NCBI GenBank assembly: GCA_965248195.1
Contig: CBDFIQ010000002.1
Span: 1,792,001 to 1,856,000 of the forward strand
Reading direction: 5' to 3'
DNA from: Longimicrobiales bacterium
GTDB taxonomy: Bacteria > Gemmatimonadota > Gemmatimonadetes > Longimicrobiales > Gaopeijiaceae
Length of the DNA stretch: 64,000 bases
The notes under the pieces are model-generated. The model searched no databases. It was given only the letters and a program-made list of their open reading frames with translations, and was not told the origin of the DNA. This document shows, in pieces, positions 29,973-39,472 of this stretch. The first letter of the stretch is position 1; each line of letters opens with the position of its first letter. A program made the translations under genes and the position numbers.

Positions 29973-30398
29973 ATGAAACACATCAGGGCAATCAACCAGA
30001 AAGCGGCCCGCATCGAAGAATTCGCGCGGAGAGAGCGGGGGACAGGTGACGGGAGGGACGTGGGGGACGGCGGGGTCACCGCACGGGACGGCGAGGTCAC
30101 CGCGCGGGACGGCGGAGTCACCGGCGAGCACGACGTCGTCGCACTCGAAAGCCGTGGATCCGAGGGGCCGCACATTCCCTTGGGCTGCTCCCTCGTTTTC
30201 CAGCCCGGGTGGGAAGTAGACTCGAGCGGCGGCACGGCCGGACTATGCCAGCCGGTCGAGCGCGATCTCTTCGATTGCCACAACGGCTGCTTCTGGCCGG
30301 TCCAGGTCCCTGACCACCTCAATCACGCTGCGGATTGGACGTCCAAGTGTGCGACCGCACAGCAGGACTGGCGGAAAATAGACTTGATCTTCCCTTGA
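29973..30398 (+). CDS. qhpC: QHNDH gamma subunit precursor (CTQ-bearing)
   Basis: MKH...N.KA leader; GC....PGWEVD, LCQP.E.DL..C...C.WP.QV.D, DWRK. Confidence 0.95.
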   Translation: MKHIRAINQKAARIEEFARRERGTGDGRDVGDGGVTARDGEVTARDGGVTGEHDVVALESRGSEGPHIPLGCSLVFQPGWEVDSSGGTAGLCQPVERDLFDCHNGCFWPVQVPDHLNHAADWTSKCATAQQDWRKIDLIFP

Positions 30399-30417
30399 GT
30401 CCGAACATGAGGATCAC

Positions 30418-31557
30418 ATGGTGAATAAACTTCCGTTTTCGGTCCTGGTCCTACCCACCGCGGTCGTCCTGCTTTTGGCCGCCGTCCCACTTTCGATGTG
30501 CGCCCCGTTGGCGGCGCAGGGCACGGGCACGGCGCCCTCGGGAGGCAACGGAACGTTCTACATCAGCACGTACACCGACCAGATTCAGGTCATCGAGGAG
30601 CGCACCCGCGCGGTCGTCGACCGGATCCAGCTGCAGAGTGGAATCCCGGGGCGTTTCGTAGTGTCGGCCGACCGCGAGCGCCTCTACGTGTCGGATGCCA
30701 CATTCTCCCACATCGAGACCATCGACCTCGCGGAACGCCGCTCCATCGACACCTTCACGCTCAGCGAGGGGGACGAGCTGTTCAGGATTCGGGGTTTCGC
30801 CGTCGATCCACAGGAGACGTACGCGCTCATCCTGGGGAAGACGAGGATAAAGCATGTCGACCGGTTCGAGATCGGGCCGAGCATTATCATCCGCTACGAC
30901 CTCCGGAGGCACGAGGTCATGGACACGATCCCGTGGCCCGGTGGCCATGAGCGCGAAAACGCGAGCTTCATGTTCTCGCCTGACGGGAGTCTCGTGTATT
31001 TCTCGGCCGAAGACATGATCGTTTTGGAGTCCGAGAACTTCACCGAAGTCGACCGCTGGGAGATCTCCCAGGAGCTGGAACCGGGACTGGGGCAGGTGAG
31101 GCCCAGCTTCACCGCCAGCTACTTTGAGGAACCCGGCTTCTTTACAGGGCTCGTGCGGATCACCGACCCGATCAATAACCGCCGCATGATCGGCATCGCG
31201 CGGGTCGACCTGGCCGAGAGAGACATGGAGTTCTATACGCTCGGACCCAACGTGCCGGTCCGCCGCTTCACTTTGGCGCCCGGGGGGAGCAAGGCTTGGG
31301 CGCTCTACAGCGAGGTTGGGCGCTACGAGTTCTGGGCCATCGATCTGGAAGAGCGCCGGGTCACACACCGTGAGATCATCGAGGGCCGGCCCCGCATGGG
31401 CCTCACCGCCAGCACGAACGGGGAGCTGTTGTACGTCCACGTGGCCGGCAATACCATCGACGTATACGATTCCGAGACGTACGAGCACCTCGAGACGGTC
31501 GATGTCGGCGGCGACATGAGAGGCTTTATCCTGCTTCCGGGTCCTGACGGGCCGTAG
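30418..31557 (+). CDS. qhpB: QHNDH beta subunit (beta-propeller)
   Basis: Signal peptide; repeated SPDG/S.DG.LYV blades; position after qhpC. Confidence 0.85.
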   Translation: MVNKLPFSVLVLPTAVVLLLAAVPLSMCAPLAAQGTGTAPSGGNGTFYISTYTDQIQVIEERTRAVVDRIQLQSGIPGRFVVSADRERLYVSDATFSHIETIDLAERRSIDTFTLSEGDELFRIRGFAVDPQETYALILGKTRIKHVDRFEIGPSIIIRYDLRRHEVMDTIPWPGGHERENASFMFSPDGSLVYFSAEDMIVLESENFTEVDRWEISQELEPGLGQVRPSFTASYFEEPGFFTGLVRITDPINNRRMIGIARVDLAERDMEFYTLGPNVPVRRFTLAPGGSKAWALYSEVGRYEFWAIDLEERRVTHREIIEGRPRMGLTASTNGELLYVHVAGNTIDVYDSETYEHLETVDVGGDMRGFILLPGPDGP

Positions 31558-31606
31558 GCCCGACAGACCTCAAGGCCCGACAGACCTTAGGCCCAACGAC
31601 CCCGAG

Positions 31607-33373
31607 ATGGATTCGCAGCGCACCTCCGACTTGGCTCGCATCCTCGCTTACGTGGCTCCGTATTGGCGCCGCCTCGTGCTCGTCGTCGTTCTGAGCCTGA
31701 CCGGAACGGTCCTCTCACTCTTCATCCCCTACCTCTCGAAGCTCCTCGTCGACTCGGCGCTTCTGGCCCGTGACGTGGGTGCGCTCGTTCGCATCGTGGC
31801 CGCCTTCTTTGCCATCACGGTGCTGTCGTTCATCATGAACGTCACGAGCGGCATGCGGTACACGCGGGTGTCGGCCGACATTCTCTTCGACATGCGGCGC
31901 AAGCTGTACGAGCATCTCCAGACTCTCTCTCCGCGGTTCTATGCGGAGACCCCGCTCGGTGAGATCGTGTCTCGGATCAACAGCGACATCGGTGAGATCC
32001 AGCGGATCGCCTCGGAGACTGCCCTCGCGTGGATCGGCAACATCATCTTTTTGGTGGGAACGGTGGCCTTGCTGCTGTGGCTCGACGCGCGGCTCTTCGT
32101 GGTCAGCCTGCTCATGGTCCCGCCGAGCCTCTGGGCACTCGTGCGTTATCGACGACGCCTGGAGGTCAGCGTAGGAACGCTCCGGCAGAGCAGCGCGGAC
32201 ATCGGCACGTTTCTGATCGAAACGATTCAGGGCATGAAATTGGTCGTCGCGTCCAACGCGCAGGAGCGTGAGCTCGATCGATTCGGACGCAGAAATGACA
32301 CGTTCGTCGACGCGCTGATGTCGATGCGATGGCTTTCCTATCTAGCCGGCGGCCTCCCGGGGCTGATCCTCTCGGCGGGTACGGCCATCGTCTTTCTGTT
32401 CGGCGGCTCCCGGGTGATCGACGGTTCGATCACGCTGGGCACCTTCGTCGCCTTCATGGCCTACCAGATGCGCCTCCTCTCTCCGGTTCAGGGACTCATG
32501 AATCTCTGGGCCAATTTCGCCACCGCCAAAGTTTCGCTCCGCCGAGTGCATGAAATCCTGGACACGGAACCCGGCGTCAGGGAACGAGATCACCCGCTCC
32601 CTCTTTCTTCCGTTCGCGGCGCCTTGTCCTTCGAGGACGTTTCCTTCTCCTTCGGGCGAGGAGAGCCCGTCCTGGAGGGGGTGAACTTCCGCGTGGAACG
32701 GGGGGAGATTCTCGCGATCGTGGGGCCGAGCGGAAGCGGGAAATCCACCGTGGCGGATCTTCTCACTCGGCATTTCGATCCAGACCAGGGCAGCATCCGC
32801 CTCGACGGGCATGACCTGCGAGATGTCTCGTTGACGGACCTACGACGCCATATCGCGTCGGTCGACCAGGATCCCTTCGTGTTCAATTGTTCGATCGAGG
32901 AGAACATTCGATATGCCGATCCCTCGGCAGAGTCGCAGGCGGTGGCGGAAGCGGCGGCGGCGGCAGGTTTGTTCGACTTTCTCGCCGGCCTCCCGGACGG
33001 CTTGAACACGGCGGTCGGTGAGCGCGGGCTCGCCCTCTCGGCGGGCGAGCGACAACGCATCTCCATTGCCCGAGCCCTCCTCACCGATCCCGAGGTCCTG
33101 GTCTTGGACGAAGCCACCGCCGCATTGGATCCACTGGCTCAGGAGCGCGTCATCGAGGGATACGAGGCCGTGATGAGGAATCGTACCACCGTGCTCATCA
33201 CGCACCGCCTGGAGTTGGCCCGGCGCGCGGATCGAATATTGGTGATCTCCGGCGCCCGCATCGTCGAAGACGGGTCGCCGGCCGAGTTGATTCGCGCCCG
33301 GGGACCGTTCTATCGGCTCTTTCGGCGAGAACTGGAGGCATCGTCCGCCAAACCGGTCGAGGCAGGAGCTTGA
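31607..33373 (+). CDS. qhpF: ABC exporter (TMD+NBD), QhpC exporter
   Basis: GPSGSGKST, LSAGERQR, LVLDEATAALD; cluster position. Confidence 0.85.
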   Translation: MDSQRTSDLARILAYVAPYWRRLVLVVVLSLTGTVLSLFIPYLSKLLVDSALLARDVGALVRIVAAFFAITVLSFIMNVTSGMRYTRVSADILFDMRRKLYEHLQTLSPRFYAETPLGEIVSRINSDIGEIQRIASETALAWIGNIIFLVGTVALLLWLDARLFVVSLLMVPPSLWALVRYRRRLEVSVGTLRQSSADIGTFLIETIQGMKLVVASNAQERELDRFGRRNDTFVDALMSMRWLSYLAGGLPGLILSAGTAIVFLFGGSRVIDGSITLGTFVAFMAYQMRLLSPVQGLMNLWANFATAKVSLRRVHEILDTEPGVRERDHPLPLSSVRGALSFEDVSFSFGRGEPVLEGVNFRVERGEILAIVGPSGSGKSTVADLLTRHFDPDQGSIRLDGHDLRDVSLTDLRRHIASVDQDPFVFNCSIEENIRYADPSAESQAVAEAAAAAGLFDFLAGLPDGLNTAVGERGLALSAGERQRISIARALLTDPEVLVLDEATAALDPLAQERVIEGYEAVMRNRTTVLITHRLELARRADRILVISGARIVEDGSPAELIRARGPFYRLFRRELEASSAKPVEAGA

Positions 33374-34119
33374 CCGGCGTGTCCGCCCGGGCTCCAGCCG
33401 GACATCGGGTCGGGCGGGACCACCCGTCGATTCGTGGCCGCTCGGGACGTGGCGTCACCGTGGCCGTAATCGACAGCGGTGTGCACGCGGAGCATCCCCA
33501 TGTGGGTTCTGTCGCAGGCGGCGTCGCGATCGAGCCGGACGGTGAAACCCATGCCGACTACCTCGACCGTCTCGGCCATGGGACGGCCGTAACCGCGGCT
33601 ATTCTCGATAAGGCCCCGGACGTCGACATCCAGGCGGTCAAGGTGTTCGGGCGAACGCTGGCTACGTCGAGCGGCGCTCTGGTGAAGGCGATCGACTGGG
33701 CCGTTGAGCAGAGGGTGCGCCTCATCAACCTGAGTCTCGGAACCGTGGGATCCGGAGGGGACCTGGTCCTGTGGGCGTCGGTCCGCCGTGCCGTGGAGCA
33801 GGGGGCTCTCATCGTATCTCCCGTGGAGCATGAGGGGCGGGTGTGGCTGCCGGGGAGCCTGGCGGGAGTCGCCGGAGTGACCCTCGACTGGGCATGCCCG
33901 CGGGACGAGGTCCGGGTAGCGCCCCCTCCGGCCGGTAAGGGCGTCTTTGTCGCGTCGGGTTTTCCCCGTCCCGTTCCCGGGGTCCCCGTGGAGGCCAACC
34001 TCAAGGGTGTGAGTTTCGCCACGGCGAACGTCACCGGAATCCTCGCCTGTCTTCTCGAAGATCGCCCCGAGATCCGATCGCTCAGCAACGTTTGGCCGCT
34101 ACTCCACGGGCAGGGATGA
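33370..34119 (+). CDS. qhpE: S8 subtilisin-like leader peptidase
   Basis: VIDSG, GHGT, INLSLG, GVSFA; no signal peptide. Confidence 0.88.
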   Translation: MTGVSARAPAGHRVGRDHPSIRGRSGRGVTVAVIDSGVHAEHPHVGSVAGGVAIEPDGETHADYLDRLGHGTAVTAAILDKAPDVDIQAVKVFGRTLATSSGALVKAIDWAVEQRVRLINLSLGTVGSGGDLVLWASVRRAVEQGALIVSPVEHEGRVWLPGSLAGVAGVTLDWACPRDEVRVAPPPAGKGVFVASGFPRPVPGVPVEANLKGVSFATANVTGILACLLEDRPEIRSLSNVWPLLHGQG

Positions 34120-34156
34120 CTTCAGCCCTCACGGACTGCTACCGTACGGTAGCCCC

Positions 34157-35308
34157 CTACCTGACCGCGCCGATCTCGCCGAACACCTCGTTCTGAATCC
34201 CGTACTCCCTCCAATCTCGGTAGTCGAAGTGCCACCACTCACCAGGATTGACGGTGAATCCCTCGGCCTCCATCACCCGCCGCAACAAATCCCGATGCCA
34301 CCGCTGTCTTGCGTTGCCGCCCGGATAGTCCGCATAAGAGCGGTGCGAGAACTCATCGTAGGAACTGGGCATTGGAATGGGTTCTCCGGTCACGAGTGCA
34401 TAGAGCGAGAGATCCACGGCTGCCCCTCGGTTATGCCTCGACCCACCCGCCGGATTCGCGACGAACTCACGCTGATCGGTGGGAGTGGCGTCCCAAAACA
34501 TCTTGGTCACGTACCAGGGACGGTACCCGTCGTGTATCAGTAGTCCGTAACCATAGGGCCCGAGCGCTCTGTGGGCCCGCGCCACGGCCTCGGCACCGGG
34601 ACGTTGAAGGAAGGCACGGGGGTCATCGTAGAAGACGGCGTTCATGAAGTTGTTCAGAGTTGCGTATCGGATATCGAGCTCGATCGTGGGAGCCAAGGAC
34701 GTGAGGTCCACCAATTCGGACTCTCGGAACGGCCCTGGCTCCACCGGTGGTGACGCCGCGAGCGCCTCGGTCCGAAGCTCCTCGACGTCCCGTACAGGGT
34801 CGATCCGGAAGGTCTCCCCCCCCACGGTGCCGATCTCCCGCCTCGTGAAAGACGCTCCGCCCATCTGGAAGCCCGCCGCACGGCCGTCGCCTCTGCGTGT
34901 GAAAAGGAGACGCTCCGCCGATTCGGCCCCCGATTCGACCCCCGGGGGACGCCCGAGAAACTCATCCGGTGACAACTCCTCCAACGGATAGGCCAACTCT
35001 CCCTGTCTTAGGTGGAGCCGCGAATCGTCCTCCAGGATCAGCCAGATGGTGTCGTCAGGCCCGTATTCCCCGATCAACCCCACCCAGTGGGTAGGCGGAG
35101 CCTCCGGGGCGGGCGACTGAGATGTAGCGGGCCCACCCGGCGGGAGAGCGGCTTGGCCCGGCAGTGAAGCCGGTCCCCCCTCTGACCGATTCGGAGCTCC
35201 GTCCGGCGAGCAAGCGGAGACCCAAACACTGGAAGCAACCATCAGCGCCAGCCGATAAGCGCGTCGGCTGGATCGCTTGGTGGGGTTCACCTCATGGCTA
35301 AACGGCAT
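34157..35308 (-). CDS. D-Ala-D-Ala dipeptidase (M15/VanX-DdpX) with N-terminal lipoprotein extension
   Basis: DGYRP, SRHNRGAAVDL, EWWHFDY; VSAC lipobox. Confidence 0.9.
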   Translation of the reverse strand: MPFSHEVNPTKRSSRRAYRLALMVASSVWVSACSPDGAPNRSEGGPASLPGQAALPPGGPATSQSPAPEAPPTHWVGLIGEYGPDDTIWLILEDDSRLHLRQGELAYPLEELSPDEFLGRPPGVESGAESAERLLFTRRGDGRAAGFQMGGASFTRREIGTVGGETFRIDPVRDVEELRTEALAASPPVEPGPFRESELVDLTSLAPTIELDIRYATLNNFMNAVFYDDPRAFLQRPGAEAVARAHRALGPYGYGLLIHDGYRPWYVTKMFWDATPTDQREFVANPAGGSRHNRGAAVDLSLYALVTGEPIPMPSSYDEFSHRSYADYPGGNARQRWHRDLLRRVMEAEGFTVNPGEWWHFDYRDWREYGIQNEVFGEIGAVR

Positions 35309-35426
35309 GGCTAAACCTCATGGCTGGACTTCAAGGCTGAACCTCATGGCTGAACCTTTGGACTTCATGGCTGAACCTCATGGCTGAGCCTCATGGCTGA
35401 ACCTTATGGCCGAACCTCATGGCTCA
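35289..35426. repeat. Tandem array of 13-bp units (consensus ACCTCATGGCTGA), 10 units plus 1 partial
   Basis: Read directly from the sequence; no spacers. Confidence 0.92.
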
Positions 35427-35518
35427 AGCGTCGAGATAGCTGAACTTCGAGCGTCGAGCTTGAACCGCGCCGCACGAATCCCTTAGACTGTAGGCCCGAC
35501 CAGCACAAAAGAGCCAAC

Positions 35519-36184
35519 ATGACCACACATCACGACACCATCGGTGGCGAAGCCGGGACCGGAGTTTCGCTTCGTCCGCCTGCTGCGGCGATCGCGATCA
35601 TCGGCCTCCTCTCGATCGCGGCCGTGATGTTCGTGGTATCGAGCCTTCGGCGGTCCACCCCGCTGACTTGGTACCCGGTGTCCGTCGTGGATCCCCAGGA
35701 AGTGGGAGACCGGCTCGTTGGACCGTCGGTCTTTACGGTCGACGGAAGGGGGGACGAGCCCACCCTCTTCGACTTCTCCACCGGCTCGGTGGTCGAGTCG
35801 CCGGCTCCTCTGGGGTGGGACCTGGCGTTTCGGAGATTCACGATCCTCGCGAACGGGGGGCCGGACTTCGCCGGGCAGGGAGGGATCCTCAACCTCGGCA
35901 TCATTTCGCTCGACTCCCTGACGAGCGTTCCGACGAACGGTTACACCGTGAACACGCCTGGCCACGAGGTGAGTAATGCCGCAACAGCCCAGTGGTACGA
36001 TTACAGCTGGACCAGCCACGTCTTGAGCCCGAAACCCAATGTTTTCGCCGTTCGGACCGCCGACAGCCGGTATGCGGTGTTCGAGATCTTGAGCTATTAC
36101 TGCCCGGCCGCCCAGGCTGGCTGCACGACCATTCGGTACCGTTACCAGGGGGCCGGGGGTGCGGGGTTCGGCCCGGACGGATAG
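35519..36184 (+). CDS. HmuY-family protein
   Basis: WDLAFRR, NGG, WYDY, VFAVRTAD..YA...ILSYY; N-terminal TM anchor. Confidence 0.8.
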   Translation: MTTHHDTIGGEAGTGVSLRPPAAAIAIIGLLSIAAVMFVVSSLRRSTPLTWYPVSVVDPQEVGDRLVGPSVFTVDGRGDEPTLFDFSTGSVVESPAPLGWDLAFRRFTILANGGPDFAGQGGILNLGIISLDSLTSVPTNGYTVNTPGHEVSNAATAQWYDYSWTSHVLSPKPNVFAVRTADSRYAVFEILSYYCPAAQAGCTTIRYRYQGAGGAGFGPDG

Positions 36185-36192
36185 CCCCCGAA

Positions 36193-36717
36193 CTAGCCCA
36201 CGACGACGGAGATGCCGACAAGGGCGCGGAATTCGGACCTCTTCTGGAGATCATCATTGAGGCTCGGAGTGCCCCGGGTGTTCTCTCTCCATTGATCTAT
36301 GCCGAGCTCGAAACGGAGGTGCAACGGCCCGGGCCCAATCTGGCGCTTGTTACCGACCGCAACGCCGTAGCCGAACTGGCTGACGCTCGAGCCACTTGCG
36401 CTGATTAGTAGCAGACCGACTTCTCCGCGGACATACAGGTTGGCCCGATAATCATACACGATCCCCGGCAGAAAGCTGATCACCGACACCGTCTGGCCAG
36501 AGGAGCGCTGGGCGAAGAGCGAGATGAGCGACTCGATGGTGAAGGTCTCAATCGGAAAACCGATACGCAACCAGTTGGACGGGATCTCGAACGTCGTTTC
36601 AGTGAGGCCGCCAACGCGCTCGATCCTCACACCGGAGTCGAATCCGAGCTGGAGTTGAGCCTCGGCAACGGGGGGTAGCACCAATAGGCCCGCCGCAAGA
36701 AATAGTGCGAGTTTCAT
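36193..36717 (-). CDS. Small outer-membrane beta-barrel protein
   Basis: GGAGG RBS; signal peptide ending AEA-Q; alternating strands. Confidence 0.7.
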   Translation of the reverse strand: MKLALFLAAGLLVLPPVAEAQLQLGFDSGVRIERVGGLTETTFEIPSNWLRIGFPIETFTIESLISLFAQRSSGQTVSVISFLPGIVYDYRANLYVRGEVGLLLISASGSSVSQFGYGVAVGNKRQIGPGPLHLRFELGIDQWRENTRGTPSLNDDLQKRSEFRALVGISVVVG

Positions 36718-36818
36718 TCGACCTCCAAGCTGGTTTCGGTGGGTTGCATGGAATGTCATGGCCCCGTTGACCACGAACGGAGACGAATTAAAACGATGCA
36801 CCCGCATGGAGAGACTCG

Positions 36819-37661
36819 TCAAGCAGGTGGCTCCGGCTCGACGGTGAGCAAGCTTGGCAGGATCTGCCCGGCTCGGCCTCGAATGCTCGACACGGCGATT
36901 GTGGTCAGCGGCGTAGACTCTGGGTTCACCTCCACAACCGCGCCTCCCGACTCTCGCGTCAGGAGGGGCAGTGAGGCCGCCGGGTGTACCAGCCCGCTCG
37001 TACCCACGACCAGGCAGACCTCTGCGGTCTCCGCGCTTTCCATCGCCTGTCGAAGGATCTCGGGATCGAGGCCCTCTCCAAACCAGACGACGTCCGGCCG
37101 TAGCAGTGCCCCGCACTTCCTGCACCGTGGCAACGAAGCCTCGCTCTCGGCTTCGACAGGATGGCGATCCGAGGTCCGATCGTCGCATCCGGTGCAGCGT
37201 GTCCGAAAGAGAGACCCGTGGAGCCGAACGGGCGCGGCTCGAGCGGCTGAGTCCCCAGGGAAATTCCCCTCGGACACAGCTTCCTCCAGGGCTAATTCGT
37301 GCAGACCGTCCACGTTTTGGGTCACGAGTCGAGCATCTGCGTTTCTGAGGGTCAATCGGGCGATCGCTGCGTGGGCGGCATTGGGGCGGCAGACCCCCAC
37401 CCGCTCCCTCCGCCACCCGTACCACTCCCACACGAGTCTAGGATCGTCCTGGAAAGCCTCAGGCGTCGCGAGCGCCTCCGGCCTGTGCGTCTTCCAGAGA
37501 CCGTCGGGGCCGCGGAAGGTGGGAACCCCGGATTCCGCGCTTACCCCCGCCCCCGTAAGGATCAGAATCCGGCGGGCCGAGCCCAACAGCCGGCGCACCT
37601 GTTCTATCTCGTGAAGGTCGTGCGCCGAGAGCGTCCGGTCCGCCTGGCGGGTCTGTTCCAC
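36819..37661 (-). CDS. cobB: NAD-dependent deacylase (sirtuin)
   Basis: TGAGVSAESGVPTFRG, TQNVDGLH, HGS, two CxxC, RPDVVWFGE, VGTSG. Confidence 0.93.
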   Translation of the reverse strand: MEQTRQADRTLSAHDLHEIEQVRRLLGSARRILILTGAGVSAESGVPTFRGPDGLWKTHRPEALATPEAFQDDPRLVWEWYGWRRERVGVCRPNAAHAAIARLTLRNADARLVTQNVDGLHELALEEAVSEGNFPGDSAARAAPVRLHGSLFRTRCTGCDDRTSDRHPVEAESEASLPRCRKCGALLRPDVVWFGEGLDPEILRQAMESAETAEVCLVVGTSGLVHPAASLPLLTRESGGAVVEVNPESTPLTTIAVSSIRGRAGQILPSLLTVEPEPPA

Positions 37662-37693
37662 GGCCTACGTCCCGCTCCGACCGGGATCCACCA

Positions 37694-38062
37694 TCACCTA
37701 CGCAGCACAGCCCAGGCCAGGGCGCCCCAGCCCGCGATCAGGGCCAGTCCACCCACAGGCGTGACGGCTCCGAGCCAGCGTTGCCCCGTGAGGACCAGCG
37801 TGTACAGGCTCCCCGAGAAGATGACGATCCCGACGATCAACAGCCATCCGGCGAGCGTTGTCGCCCCCGACGGCCACCTGGAGGCGGCCCACGCCACGGC
37901 GAAGAGTCCGAGCGCATGGTACATGTGATACCGTACGCCCGTCTCGAATATCTCCAGATCGGCGGGGCTCAACCGGCCACGCAGCCCGTGAGCACCGAAG
38001 GCTCCCACGATGACCCCAATCATCGCCGCAAGCGCACCAGCGACCGCAAAAAATCGCTCCAT
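37694..38062 (-). CDS. DUF423 (YgdD/TMEM256) membrane protein
   Basis: GAFGAHGL, YHMYHAL, FSGSLY, TPVGG. Confidence 0.92.
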   Translation of the reverse strand: MERFFAVAGALAAMIGVIVGAFGAHGLRGRLSPADLEIFETGVRYHMYHALGLFAVAWAASRWPSGATTLAGWLLIVGIVIFSGSLYTLVLTGQRWLGAVTPVGGLALIAGWGALAWAVLRR

Positions 38063-38244
38063 GATCTTTCTCCCTTACCTCCTCACCAAGGTTGGACCCG
38101 CCGCCCCTAACCGGCTCGTGCACCACGCGTCGGGGGTCGCCCGAATGCGGGCTCAACCATAGGGGCGACCAGGCCCGGCTGCCAGAGCGGTCTTCATGCC
38201 CTCGCCAGGTAGCGCGCATACACCGAGTCCTGTAACCTCCCGAC

Positions 38245-39460
38245 ATGCCCCTCCCCACCATCGAGAAAACCGACACGCTCCGAGACTTCGGGGGCGGGAC
38301 CCGCCGCGTCGTGGTGGCGGTGAGCATCGCGCACTTCATCAACGACCTGTACTCGTCCTTCCTCAGCCCGCTCCTGCCACGGCTCATGGACAATCTGGGG
38401 ATTTCGATCGCCTTGGCTGCGAGTCTGGCGATGACGTGGTCCCTCGCCGGCTCGCTTGTCCAGCCCGCCGCCGGGTACCTCGCCGATCGATATGGGCGAA
38501 AGCTCTTCGTGATTGGTGGACCGTTGGTCTCAGGCGTCTTCCTGTCTCTCATCGGACTCGCACCGTCGGTGGAGGTGCTGGCTCTCATCCTGATCGCTGG
38601 GGGGATGGGCAGCGCGGCGTTTCATCCGCCGGGGGGCGGCGATGTCGGGTGGAGCCGCGGAGGGGAAGGGAAGTGGCCTCCGGATGTCCGTTTTTTCGTT
38701 TGGTGGATTACTGGGGTTCGCGGTCGGACCCTTGACCGTGGTCGGTCTCGTGGCCGTGGTTGGCCTGAGCGGGATGTGGATCGCCATGATCCCGGCGATC
38801 GCCGTGTGTGGCGTGCTCTTCATGATCCTCCCCGCGGATCGCCCCCATCCCGACGCGGCTCCTCCGCCGTTACCCATGGAGATGCTCCGGGCTCTGCGAG
38901 GCCCACTCGGCGTAATTTTCGGGATCGGCGCGCTGAGCGGATTCATTCAACGCCTGTTCATGACCCTGTCGCCGATCATCTCCTTCCAAGACGGCATCTC
39001 CGAAGCGACCGGCGCTCTGATCCTGAGCGTCTACATGGCCGGCCAGGCGGCCGGCACCGTCGTGGGCGGCGTCCTCACAGACCGCATGGACCGCGTTCTC
39101 CTCCTCGCCGGATTGACGGCGATTGCGATTCCGGCCCATTTACTCACGTTCTGGCTGCCTTCCGGCTCCTGGTTGATGCTCCTGTGCGCCGCCGTGGCAG
39201 GATGTCTCAACCTCGCGCTCATGCCTCCGGTCATCGTGCTTGCGCAGGAGATCATGCCCGAAAGCAAGGCCGTGGGCTCCGGGATCGTCATGGGTTTGGC
39301 GTGGGCCACGGGATCGGTGGGCGTGATCGGCTTCGGCTTCCTGGCCGATGGCATCGGGCCCCGGCCCGCCGCAATCGCATCGCTTCCGCTCCTCGCCATT
39401 GGAACGGTTTTGGCCTTTCATCCCGCACTCCGGCTCCACCGCAAGCCGGCGCATTGGTAA
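38245..39460 (+). CDS. MFS transporter (Fsr-like), apparent frameshift at G6 38631-38636
   Basis: HFINDLY, QP..GYLADRYG, AAFHP in one frame; the C-terminal half is in ORF 38642-39460. Removing one G gives FHPPGAAMS. Confidence 0.85.
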
Positions 39461-39472
39461 GGAGCCGACGAC

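Noticed and set aside
28749..30173. Long antisense ORFs (this one, 44328-45635, 56587-57663 and others)
   Set aside because: Shadow frames of well-supported genes in high-GC DNA, with no motifs.
31557..31602. Short AGGCCCGACAGACCT repeats between qhpB and qhpF (also the 12-bp duplication at about 23860-23885)
   Set aside because: Only 2-3 short copies, consistent with local slippage; no evidence of function.
35289..35426. CRISPR array
   Set aside because: Units are 13 bp and contiguous, with no spacers and no cas genes.
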